Source of the DNA: Lama glama
Lineage: Eukaryota
Direction: 5' to 3'
Assembly: GCA_028534125.1 (NCBI GenBank)
Contig: CM052816.1
Span: forward strand, 66,962,001-67,026,000
Length of the DNA stretch: 64,000 bases
This document shows positions 27,030-38,510 of the stretch, in pieces. A program made the position numbers and the translations under genes. The notes under the pieces are model-generated. The model made no database searches, was not told the DNA's origin, and saw nothing but the letters and a program-made list of their open reading frames with translations. The first letter of the stretch is position 1; the number at the start of each line of letters is the position of its first letter.

Positions 27030-27220
27030 GTAGTAGAAGTACACCTAGGTTTAAATACCAGTGCCTCCACTTGCTGTACAGCCTTGGGCAAGTCAGTTAA
27101 CCTGAGTCCCATTCCCTCATCTGTCACAGAAAAAGTATGATAACAAAATGAAATACGTTATGTAACCTGCCCAACTCAATGCTTGGCACAGTATATTAGC
27201 TAAATAAATGTTTGGTTTCC
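27030..27220 (+). mobile_element. MIR relic
   Basis: 'ccttgggcaagtcagttaacc...cctcatctgt...gcttggcacag...taaataaatgtt'. Confidence 0.75.
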
Positions 27221-28314
27221 TATGAAGTCGAAGAGTAGTGTTACCTATTAACTTCATGATAAGGAAGGTTCACAGTCCAGTTAAGACTAGTAGGCACTAC
27301 AAAGAAAATTCATATGTATGCATGGTATAACAAGATATTTTTTAAAAGGCATAGGAACTTCATTGAAACCTTCTCAGATGTCCCAAACTCATGTTTTCTA
27401 CCTTCCATGTGTCCTCACCATATCTACTGAAACTTGATTATTCCCTAAGAGGCTCATGTATGTTAATTTCCTGTTTCATTTTAGTCAAGACCCCACGACA
27501 GGTAAACAGCTTTCAGTGCCTATCAGAAATGAGTCCTTCATATTCATTCATTCTGCCAGAGATCTTTTGACAGATGGATTAATTTTAGTAATAGCCTTAG
27601 CAACATATTTGGACCCTAAATTCTATCCTCAATCAAACCTCATCTCAGTTTCCTCAAAGATAACCAACTGATGGATTGTAAGTAATAATCACTCAAATAT
27701 CAACAACTCATGCCTGTATTAGCCACTATCCCTTCAAGGCCCTTCCATTTGTCCTCCCGTCTGGTTTTGAGGAGCCTCTATAGACAGTCTTACATGCACT
27801 CGCATGCTCTCACTAGGCATCCTCTCCTATCAACCAGGTGCCCTCATGGTGGCCCTAACAGCCATCTGAAAGTGCCACCCATGACTACTGTCCGTGCCAC
27901 CCCCCCCCCGTGACAACCTTGACACTTCGGCCAAGGGACCTCTTCTGAGGTCCACAGAGCAGCAAGAGCTTAAGTAGCCTACACCACTCTGTGTCCCCTG
28001 TGGTCTTCAGTGCACTACAGCTGTGCCATGCAGGGAGTCATGGACAGTGAGGACAGAGAGGTGGGCAGGAGTCAGGCAAGGCCATGTCCACCATGCTAAG
28101 AAGTTTGGGCTTAGCCTATAGTCAGCAGGGAGTCAGCTAACAGTTTAAACAGGACCTAAACTTTTATATTTGTATTTTAGCAACATCACTATGTCACGTA
28201 CAGAGGATGAAGTAGAGGGAGATGGATATTGCTGAATCAAGAGAATGATTACAAGGATTCTGCAACAGTGCAAGGAAGAGACAGCAGAGGCCTCAACCTA
28301 GCCAAGGCAGCGTT

Positions 28315-28758
28315 CCTGTACTGGGAGGAGGGAGGGTTGACTTCTCTGGGCTACCCTTACTGGCCTTCCATGTTGGCTGGTTTCTAATTAGCTTGGGCCA
28401 CTGGTAGTTCCTGGCAGGAGACTGGGAAGCAGGAGGAAAGAAAAATTCAGTATATTTCACCCTCCCAGGTGACACCTCCAGCAACTGCTGCATCTCCTTC
28501 TTGGCATGTGTGCATGCCCCAATTCTGGCTTCTGCCCAAGGACCCCACCCTGGGCCCTGGGAACCCCACTTCCTCCTTTTGTCCCTCCAGCCCAGGGTTG
28601 ATTGTGACTTCCTGCTGTGGCTAACCTCCAAACTGCTACTTTGTCTCCTGTTTGGCCTCTCATCTCCTCCATCATCTGTACAATTGATTTTCTGTATAAA
28701 ACCTCTCTTTGAAAATATTTGGAGATTGTCTTCTCCTGGCTGGACTCTGACTGATACA
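28315..28758 (+). mobile_element. LTR33-like ERVL solo LTR inserted in an L2 relic (L2 at ~27990-28310 and 28759-28815)
   Basis: Ends 'ttctcctggctggactctgactgataca'; internal 'ggcaggagactgggaagcaggagg'; flanked by L2-type 'ccatgctaagaagtttgggc' and 'gagatatattcaag...ggcagaatcactgggactt'. Confidence 0.7.
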
Positions 28759-29499
28759 GGAGGAGATATATTCAAGAAATATTTAGGAGGCAGAATCACT
28801 GGGACTTTATAAAGATAACCCTTATCAACTGACTCAAAATTGTTCTCCCTCTTTTGCATGTTCCTGAACTGAGGTTTACTGTATTAATGCCTCGGCTAGC
28901 TGGCTATCGCCTCTTCCACAGGAAGCTCTTTGCAGTATGGCAGAGATCAAGAGTTCTCAAACTCCACGTGACAATAATAAAGGATCAAAAACAATGAGGT
29001 GCCGCATGCAACGGGCAGACAAGGCTTCTCAGGGGCTCGCCTTCCACGGGAGACATCCACTGCCTGGTCCCCTAGGCTTCCACTAAGGGGGAAGCGAACC
29101 CTGCCAAATCTGTTCATAAATGGGAATGCAAATCTGGACACTGGTACTTGATTTAGAGTGTGCTACATGAAAAATTAACAGAACAAAGTTAAGATACCAT
29201 TTTGTTGGATAGAATCAGGGCAAGGAACAGACCCCAATGGCCAGGGGGGAAACAGGCAAAGTGATGCTGCTAAGCACATGGATACCCAGGCTATGGAGAA
29301 CAGCACAGCTCAAACAACTTGCCTATTGGGAAAGAGGCCTGGAAACAAGTGGGCACAGATGCCTGTGTGATGCTGACAATGTGGCCCTGACTACGTAGAA
29401 GAGGGAGGAAGCTAGAAAGGAGCCACCTCCCTCCTGGAGAACTGGTCAGTTTGCAACTAGTAAAGGCTCAGTGGGGATTGGCCAGACTGCCAGGCATTT

Positions 29500-29740
29500 T
29501 ATTTTATTTTTTGATTAAGAATAGTTTCAGATTTAGAAAGAAGTTGGAAAAATAGTATAAAGAGTCCCCATATACCCCTTGCCCACTGTCCCTGACTGCT
29601 TGTGTCTCACATTACCATAGTACATTTATCACCAACATTGAAACCAACACTGGTACATGACCACTACTACACTCCACAGTATACCTGAGTTTCACTGTTT
29701 TTTCCTAATGTCCACCCCCAAGGATCCCACTATATTATGT
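29500..29740 (-). mobile_element. Old L1 3' end fragment
   Basis: T-rich start then 'aatagtttcagatttagaaagaagttg...atagtataaagagtccccatataccc'; 'ggcattttatttt' on both sides (possible TSD). Confidence 0.75.
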
Positions 29741-29919
29741 CTGGGCATTTTATTTTTCTTTTCAATCTATCTTAATTCTTAAAGAGAAAAAGATTTGCCC
29801 TCATTTATTTTATTAAAAGAGTACTCAAATAAACCAACAGCAAAAATCATTCAAACTTTTCTAAACTTCAGGACATTTCCTCAAGGAAGATCAGGGGAAA
29901 TTCCTTTCCTTGGGAGAGT

Positions 29920-30330
29920 GTACTTGGGCACAGAGCACAGGGGCCAAACCACATAGGTTCAAATCCCAGTCTACTCCTTTCTTTCTGTGCAGCCTTGGAA
30001 AAGTACTTAAGTGATTAATCCCTCTGGGCTCTAGTTTTCTTCTAAAAAAATGGATATAGTGATAGTACCTTACCTCACAGCACCTATAAATCACTTAGAA
30101 CAGGCCTGGGTATTAGAAAGCACTGACTTGATCTCAGTTTTCATTACTCTTACTATTGCTACAAGATTCCAGACTGTCCTGTGTATCTCTTTTCTTGACA
30201 TTCATCATACTTATAATTACGTGTTTCATAGCTGTCTTTCCTTCTAGACTATTATTTTCCTAAGTTCAAAGACATTCCTGTCTAACTCATGGTAGATGCT
30301 TAGGAAATAATCACTTAATTGTTTTACATA
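29920..30330 (+). mobile_element. MIR relic followed by an L2 3' relic
   Basis: 'ggttcaaatcccag...taaaaaaatggatatagtgatagtaccttacctcacag'; then 'ctgtctttccttctagact...ggtagatgctt'. Confidence 0.7.
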
Positions 30331-31339
30331 CTGAACGCAGACTCAACCACCAACCATGTGAAATGTAAAAGCTTGAAGGAAGAGAAAGTGAATGAGATGA
30401 AGTTAAATAGAAATACACACACCCCTATACACACACAAAGGTCAAATGGGGGCAAAACAGATTTTCTGTCTCAGCCATTGGTGTATGATACCCTGTCCTT
30501 GCTCCTATTTAAACTCAGTTTTTCCTCATGTGCTACATGATACTGAAAGGGAATGCATTTTTCTGAAATGGACAATTAAAAAGTTCAGCAGGGAGACACC
30601 ACCCTTCCAAGCACCTGGTAACGAAAAATAGCAGAGAAAATTCCAAATGTAATTCTCACTTACTGCTTTCTGGTGAAAATGTCATTAGAAGTATATGTGA
30701 GATGAACAAATATTACATTCACATGGCCTCAATATTCAAGATTCTTGCCAAATACCTGAAAAACTGAGTGTGCTTCACGCATATATGCACACTTGGGCTC
30801 TGGAAGTCCCAGACACAGGTATCTGTAAAGCCATGTATATTTCTGCCCTAAACGCAACTTGAAAATGTGTTCCACTCTTATCCAGATCGCCAGACAAGGA
30901 AGCTGTTAAATGCATTTTTTTCCCTTCTTTCCTGTATGTTGCCTGTGCCTTTGAAATACTGCAAAGCGGCTGTCCCACAGGGTGGAGGTGGACTCGGCAG
31001 CTGCAGCGTTGCTTACACCGTCATCTCTTTGGTATGTTGCTTCCTTTCACTCTCCTGTTGGGGAGGATCCCACCCATCCTTTGCATTCCTCCTGAGCAAG
31101 CTGTGTCAAGGAGAGGCGAGAGAGGAAGCGGTTCCCATCCTCCGGGGTGTAATCAAAAAGGAAGGTTTTAATTAGTTTCTCAGGATGTTCTCAGTTTCCA
31201 CATAGAACAGCCCTTCCCTTCTCTGGCATCAGAGTTCTTCTTGGATTATTTAAGAAACACACAGTTTTGCTCTCTTGGGAGCTAAACTCTGCATATTCAA
31301 ATGTAATAAGGAGACCCGGAGCCTGTCTAAGCACCAGCA

Positions 31340-31880
31340 CTTATCAAGTAATCTTTATTTGTATAATTGGTTGATTTGATTTGATTTGTGACCCTCTCTC
31401 CCATTATGCTGAGCATTCCATGAAGGGGCACGTCTGATTTTGGTCTCCATTATAAGCTGAGCACCAAGCACTGTGTCCGGCATATATCAGGCACTCAGCA
31501 AATGGTTGGAAAATTAAATAATCAACATGCGATTGAAGCAGCTTCCACTATAGTAAACCAAACAGCACCTGAAGCATATGTGGCTCTCAGAGACTGCTCC
31601 TCCAGGAGGTTCCTAGAAGGAGACTTGATGATATAGTCTTTTCTATGTATTAGACACTTTCTAGGTGCATCACATTTGTTATACTTATCAACTCAAATAA
31701 TCTTCATAACAATATTGTGAGCTAGATTCTGTCCTTTTCCCTGTTTAACAGACGAGAAATCTGAGAGAGAGAGAGAGAGCAGGTCAGTGAAATTTCCCAA
31801 GGTCAAAAGCACCTAGTGCAGAGCTTGGACCAGGACACAGCCCAGGTGGCTCCGGAGACAGTGCATCAACTCACTACTCG
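31340..31880. mobile_element. L2 3' relic (+) and MIR relic (-) with a short (GA)n
   Basis: 'ctgtgtccggcatatatcaggcactcagcaaatggttg'; 'ctgtttaacagacgagaaatctgag(ag)n...tttcccaaggtca'. Confidence 0.7.
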
Positions 31881-32310
31881 GTCCTGCCTCCTGGGACACT
31901 ATGCAGCTAGTGCTTTGACTCAACAGGGTACAAGTGCCATAAGTGATAATAGTTCTAACTGGCAAAAAGAAAAATTAATTCAGGTCTGGACAGATATGGA
32001 TAAGTTTATAAACTATCTTTTACACTGAGAGCTGCCCATAAATAATACAAACACACATTTCAAATTTAACTAAGTGAAAGACTATGTTATATATATTTTA
32101 CAACAATAAAAATATATTTTAAAAATGGACCATAGACATAAAACCTACATCTGTAAAACCTTGATCTGTAAAGCTTGAAGAAAGAAAATCTTTAAAAAAG
32201 AAAGGCTTGTTCACTATCAGTGGCAAAAATAGACACAAAAACTCTCTCTTGAATGTGTTTAATGTTAAGTAGATCAGATATTTAGTGAGTCAAAAATCTG
32301 CCTTTTAATA

Positions 32311-32410
32311 CATGTATATATATGCATGACTGGGACATTATGCTGTAAACCAGAAATTGACATATTTTACTGACTATAACTTGATTAAAAAAACACAAAA
32401 AAATAAACTA
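32311..32410 (+). mobile_element. Very short 5'-truncated L1 3' end
   Basis: 'catgactgggacattatgctgtaaaccagaaattgaca...ctgactataact' plus A tail; 'aaaaatctgcc' on both flanks. Confidence 0.75.
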
Positions 32411-32445
32411 CATAAGAGAGGGAAAAAATCTGCCATTTTAAATAC

Positions 32446-32740
32446 TTTTTTTAAAGTTATGCTCCATTTACATTTATTACAAAATATTGACTATATTCTC
32501 TGTGTTATACAATACCTCCTTGAGCCTCTCGTACACCCAGTAGTTTGTACCTCCCACTTACCCACTTCTATATTGCTGCCCCTCCTTCCCATTGGTAACC
32601 ACTAGTTTGTTCTCTGTACCTGTTAAGTCTGCTTCTTTTTTTATTATATTTGCTAGTTTATTGTATTTTTTAGATTCCACATATAAGTGACATCATACAG
32701 TATTTGTTTCTCTGTCTGACTTATTTCACTAAGCATAATC
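32446..32740 (-). mobile_element. L1 3'UTR fragment (same family as 55.1-55.6 kb)
   Basis: 'ttggtaaccactagtttgttctctg...tttagattccacatataagtga...ctgacttatttcactaagcataat'. Confidence 0.9.
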
Positions 32741-33699
32741 CTGCCTTATTCTTTTAATCTTAGGAACAGTCATTATGTGAAAATACAAATTAGCTGTCTA
32801 CTCCGAAGACTTCATGGCATCCCTAATGGCTAAAGAACAGAGGTTAAATTCCATCAAAATAAGATGTCTATATGAAGAAATGTCCCCGCAAGTACTACAA
32901 GACATACACCTCAGTTTCAAATGGTGTTCTAGACACAGAGAAATGGGCAAGAAAACGTCTCTCACCTCTGAATTCCCATCGCATGTTAGGCCATTTTTCT
33001 TGGTCTTGACATTTAATGCAGTGTATTCTGATGTCTGGGCATTTGTGTTATCTCCCCACAAAAACTGTAAACTCCTTAAAACAGGAAGTGTGTCTCACAA
33101 TAAAAGGCAGTGTGCTGGAAAGAGAAGAACAAGATTTTTATTAATGAGTGGAATTACCACTTACTATTAGTACAACCTTGGGCAAATTATTTAACTTCTC
33201 CTGTCCTCGCTTTATTCATCTGTAAAATGAGGTTAATAATGAATGGCATGTAGAATTATAAGCTAGACTTTTAAAAGAGTATTTGAAACTTTGATTAAAC
33301 GTAGCAGATTGAAACCTATATGCTTTGCTCCAGGAACACATTAAAATTTCAGTAAATAAACAAAAACTTCTTAAACCGCTAAGGGCAAAGAAAGCAAGGG
33401 AAAAGAGAGAAGACAAAAAAAAAAAAAATATATATATATATATATATATGGAGAGCAATGGACTGATTTGTGGTAACCATTACCAGATCAGCAATGCAGA
33501 AACCCTTCAGTGAATAAAGTCACTAAGAAGACCTGTTTGCACTTCAGCATCTCAGGAGGCAGAAGGCACTTTGGAAGTGGGTGTTAGTGGGATGAAAACA
33601 AGAACACTGATTGCAAATCTTTGTAAGAAGCAGTGAAACCTTGGGTACCTTCCCTTCGGCACATAGCCAGGCTTAACCGTGAACAATGTTTATGTAAAC

Positions 33700-34070
33700 A
33701 TAGCAGTATTTTTTGTACAGAGTAACTACTAATCTGACCAAAAATTATGATTTAAATAAGATTATAAAAACAAAGTAGAGGTATGTGTTTGTGGCAAGAG
33801 GAGGTATTTAAGCAAGTTAAACCATTGCCTTCTGTTGTAGAATGTTCACAGGTAATATCTAAAATGGCAAGTAAATAAATAGCAGCATAGCTTATTATGT
33901 AAAACTATGGAGGCAAATACCAGAAGATTAAAGGATTAAAAGTGCTTCCCTTCAGGAGCTAAGAGTTGAGATGGGCTGGGTAAGATGGGCTGGTGTTTTG
34001 CATTACAAGCCTTGAGGAATGATTTGACTGTTCTATGCACATTTTTAATCATAAAAAATATTTTTAAAAA
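33700..34070 (+). mobile_element. Ancient L1ME/HAL1-like 3' relic
   Basis: 'atggaggcaaataccagaag...aaagtgcttcccttcaggag...ttacaagcctt...tttgac' plus A-rich end; highly diverged. Confidence 0.45.
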
Positions 34071-34189
34071 AATGAGTGCCGGGCTACAGGAGGCACTCAG
34101 TAAACATCAGTGGCAGCTCTTTTAATCCCTGTTCATTTTTCTTTTCCTTGCCCATTTATTTATGTTCGTATTTGTTGCCCCATAGATTT

Positions 34190-34720
34190 TCATTCAATGT
34201 TTACTAAATGACTCAGCAAATGAGCCATCAGGTTCACATATTGAATCACCAACAAAATTTTCAGAAGGGAATAAAGGAAGGAATGCATCAATTGCATTAG
34301 ATTTTATATTGAAAGGAATGAACTGTCATCCAGGAACAAAGTTTTCAGCAGTTAATGATTAGTCTTCCTGGCACTTTTTATGGGAGGGACAGAGAAAGAA
34401 GCTGCTATAAATAGGAAATCAGGTACCTGTTCCAAAGGTGTGGCCTGTAAAATAATGAGAATTATGCTCAATTTGAAAACTCCCTTAAAATACTATTAGC
34501 TACCTAAACATGACAGGTAAATTAATCTGACAGCATCAACTCTTAAAACGGCCTTCACCGTCACCGTTGTTACTTGGGTCCACGTTTCCCTACATCCAGC
34601 CCCTGACACTTCCACAAGCATGGTGGTGACTGATTTATCATTGGTATTGATCAAGTGACGTAATCCCTAAGTCTGGGCATATTTACTCTTGGGGAGCGTG
34701 ACACACATTGGCATATTCAT
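34190..34720. promoter_or_regulatory. Candidate enhancer (motif cluster in unique sequence)
   Basis: ATGACTCAGCAAAT (ARE/MARE, 34208), TGACAGgtaaattaatcTGACAG (MEIS-type x2 around a TAAT core, ~34511), TGATTTAT (PBX-HOX, 34631), TGACGTAA (CRE/ATF-like, ~34656) and several CpGs. Confidence 0.35.
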
Positions 34721-35212
34721 ACATATACACAGAACTTACATGGCACAAACAAGGAACTATCACTTTTGAGAACTAATTTCACATTTTGATTTTATATTTA
34801 GAATTGTCTTCTCTTGAGAGTTTCCCATCCCTGCAGTTCTCTCCTCCAGCATCCTTTCATTAGGATGAATGAGGACAAAGAGATTAGGGCAGTAAGAGAA
34901 GAACAGATCCTCCTGGGCAGGTTGTTTCCTCCCACAGTCCACTCAGCTGTTTCATTTCTTTCGTGAACCCCGCTTGCCCTGGCCACAACTTCCCTACTGA
35001 AGCACAGATCAACAGGGATCAATGGTCTGGACCTCAACCTAGGAGAAGCACCACTGGTCCATTACTTTGTTTGCATGTTTGCTTGTTTGTTGAATTGCAT
35101 GAAGGAAAAATAGCATGAGGGGATCATACAGTAGATCTTTCCTTTTTCAAAAAAATCACTTCTGAAAATTCAGATGACATGTGCTTTGGAAGATTTTTAA
35201 AAAATCAGATTT

Positions 35213-35324
35213 ATATGTCCATGAATGACTGAAAAATTGTGCTGAACACTGGAATTTGACACAACATTGTAAAATGATTATAAATCAATAGAAAATGTTA
35301 AAAAAAAATAAATTAAAAAAAATC
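35213..35324 (+). mobile_element. Young 112-bp L1 3' end with a perfect 12-bp TSD
   Basis: Matches the tail of the L1 at 50330-50410; TSD aaaatcagattt at 35201-35212 and 35325-35336. Confidence 0.9.
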
Positions 35325-36511
35325 AAAATCAGATTTCCAATAGTAACAAAACTTCAACTCTCACTGTCAACAACCACACATACTGTTCAGCAGAGCTGCT
35401 GATTTATGATTAATAATCCTCCCAGAAATACAAATCCCAGTCAAACAACAAAGGTTCAGATTAAACCCCAGCCAAGTCAACAGATGCCTGGCACCATGTA
35501 CTAAATGACACCAAACGGAGACTCCCATGGAATGCATGAAGGAGGGAATTCCAGAGATACTGAGTCAGCCCAAGACACAGGAGCCAGTTTGCCAGTGTTG
35601 GGCATGGCAAAGGACATGGGAAAGTCCGAGGTGAAGACTTCAAGTTTTGCCAAATCCATCTTCTTATTGAAAATCTTCAGTGATATAAAGTTTCTAATCT
35701 TGGGATAACTACCTAAATGCTGAGTTACATTGCTTAATAAAGATTGTCTACTTGAAAATAATATAGTATTGTAAATCAGCTATATATACTTTAATAAAAA
35801 TTATTTTTAAAAAGAGGGTAAGAATGGTGGCCCAGGGGAGACTAGAAGTTTTGCAATTATGGGCAAATGTTGGGGGATATGAGCTGTGAATTAACCTAAG
35901 TTAGTTTCAGTGTTCCTAATCATTAGGTATTTTTTGGTAGGTATCTCCTATAGTAAGAGGTATGTGAGTATTCTTGGTCTCCTTCCTACAACCCTGCTAC
36001 CATGTAGGATAGGAAGTCTCAAGCTGAATTCTGCTATACAAACATTTATCATCAAGCAGCTGCAAAAAGTATCATACAACTGGTAATGTAAGCTCTATAT
36101 AGTTCCAGCTTTCTAAACTTTAAGGTGCTTGGACCACATCCTGTATGAAAAGTTCTCCCAAGCAAATGCAACAGTATTTTAGAGGCAGGATTTAGCTAAA
36201 TTCAGGCAAACAGGCACTTGGAGTCAGCAAGCTAACTGGAGACGTCAGATATAAGCCTCAGGTACCATGCAGAAGGGCACAGACTACATGACTTTCTACA
36301 TTTTTATGCCTCATTCATGCAGGGATGAGGATTGTTTCTTTAGTATTTCTAGTCAGTCCACATACCAACCACCACTAATTTCATGAATGAAACCTATTTC
36401 TAATGTTTGCTATGCCACTTTACACACTCTTGACATTCATTGGGCAGCTGAATTTCTTGCAATAGCTAACTCTGGAGCAGGACTTTCTAATATCTGCCCA
36501 CTAATAAGCCA

Positions 36512-36948
36512 TGTACTGGGTTAAAGTGTGTCCCCCCAAATTCACGTCCACCAGGAATTTGTGGATGCAATTTTATTTGGAAATAGGACCTCTGCAGATG
36601 TAATTGAGACAAGACTGTGTCATACTGGATTACAGCCTACTTATAAGAACTGGTATCCTTATAAGAAGAGGAAAATTTGGACACAGACACATACAAAGGG
36701 AAGAACAGTTTGTGAAGACTGAGGCGGAGACTGGATTGATGCATCTTAGAAGCCAAAGAACATCAAGGATTGCTGGCAGTCACCAGCAGATAGGAATGGA
36801 ATAAACTCTCTCAGAGCCTCCAGAAAAAATTGGCCGTGCTGATGTCTCAATTTTGGAGGTCTAGCTCCCAGAGCTGTGAGAGAATAATTTTCTGTTGTTT
36901 AAGCCTGTGTGTGGTGATTTGTTACGACAGCCTTAGGGAAAAATATAC
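36512..36948 (+). mobile_element. MLT1B/C-like solo LTR
   Basis: 'tgtactgggttaaagtgtgtccccccaaattcacgtcca...ttatttggaaatagg...tgtgaagactgaggcggagactgga...gctgtgagagaataattttctgttgtttaagcc'. Confidence 0.9.
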
Positions 36949-37095
36949 CATGGAATATGCATTTCCAACAAGGACCACTAACCACCACAGGGAGCAGATT
37001 GAAACTAACCATTATATATGTCACAATGCCAATGATGAAGTGTTTGAAAGTAAATTATAAGCAATGTGACAATATGCTAGAAGCATAGAGATACA

Positions 37096-37102
37096 GATAG
37101 AT

Positions 37103-37145
<43 letters not shown>
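37096..37145 (+). repeat. (GATA)n microsatellite, about 10 perfect units
   Basis: Read directly. Confidence 0.97.
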
Positions 37146-38289
37146 GTATTTAAACAACTATATTTTGAACAGCTGTATGAAGCAGATAAAGGCATACATA
37201 AGATGTGAATCACCTTTACATCCTTAAGTCTGCAGATCCATCCCAAGTTTCCTTAGACTTAGAAGACACAATGCTTTCTATCTCTCCTTTTCCAAAGAAT
37301 TTTGGAGCCTTTATAGGACATAGATCATTCTCAGGTATAGTTTTTCATCAATCAACAGACACCATTTGCACTGCAAAAAGAAGCCAAATCCAATCTATAA
37401 AACATCACCAAGTTCCACGAAAAGTTTTGTTCTTTGAGATGAAAAGATGAAAATTTATTTGAAAAAAATCCTTTGTGATATTTTTTTCTCCTGCAGGAAC
37501 ACCATAAAAAGAAATAAAAGACCATCAATTCATGGACAGAAAATGAAGAATACAATTTACTGTAAGTTATCCAGATTATTTGTAGTTTCTAAGCACATAC
37601 ACATTTTTATTTAAACCCTCATGTTTTTACACCAGGTGAATCTTTGCTATTAAGTCATCCTAGGTATAAATCACAGTTTTGAAACTTCTTGTTCATGTGA
37701 CCTCGAGAAAGCTGTTTGGTATCACACAAACAGTGATAATGTGCAGCTCCCAAGCTGGTAATGAGGCTTCCATGAGACCACATATGTCATACGTGAATTT
37801 CACATAGTGTACAATGCTCGATAAATATTTGCTTCTTTCTTCCATTGACAAATGTCTTACATTTTTTGTCAGACCTCATTTGCTTCCACAAGGAGCCCAT
37901 GATTTTCTGGGAGACAGGGCAAGTGAAGGCATAAGTGACAGGCCTAGAAGCTCACGCTTTCCCTCAAGTTTGCTGATAGACACCACAGTGCTATGGAACA
38001 AGAATGGGCAAGCCCCCAGCCTGGGCACAGGCAGGACCCTGAAGAGAGGAGGGTCACTGTGCTGCTTGCTCCCTTGCCTTCCCCTGCAGAATGACGGTGG
38101 CTGGAAGAGTATTCAGTTGGAACACCTTCAGGTCAAGCTGAGTTCCACCCTGACACCACATCCCATCCCAACACCACCCCAACACCTGCACTCTGAGGAC
38201 CAAAACTAGAATGGGCCGAATGCGCTGCAAAAGTGGGGCCCCATAGTGCAAGTTAATGACCACAGCACCATCCCATTGAGGTAGAAAGC

Positions 38290-38510
38290 ACCTGAACTTG
38301 GGAAACTGAGAGAGGGGGCTCCAATCCAGAAGCCACCTGACATGGCCTGTGTCATCTGAAAATGTATTTCAAGTTCTTCAGCTTCAACTTCTCACCTAAA
38401 AAATTAGAGCTCTTAGTCCCCTGGTTGCTGACTTACAGTGACAATGAATGATAATATACATAAAGTCCTTTGCCCAGTGCCAGACTCATCACTGGCTCTC
38501 AATAAACCAG
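38290..38510 (+). mobile_element. MIR relic
   Basis: 'taaagtcctttgcccagtgccagac...ctctcaataaa' MIR 3' end. Confidence 0.55.

Noticed and set aside
28293..28859. 188-aa minus-strand ORF
   Set aside because: Runs antisense through an LTR33-like LTR and L2 relic; no recognisable domain.
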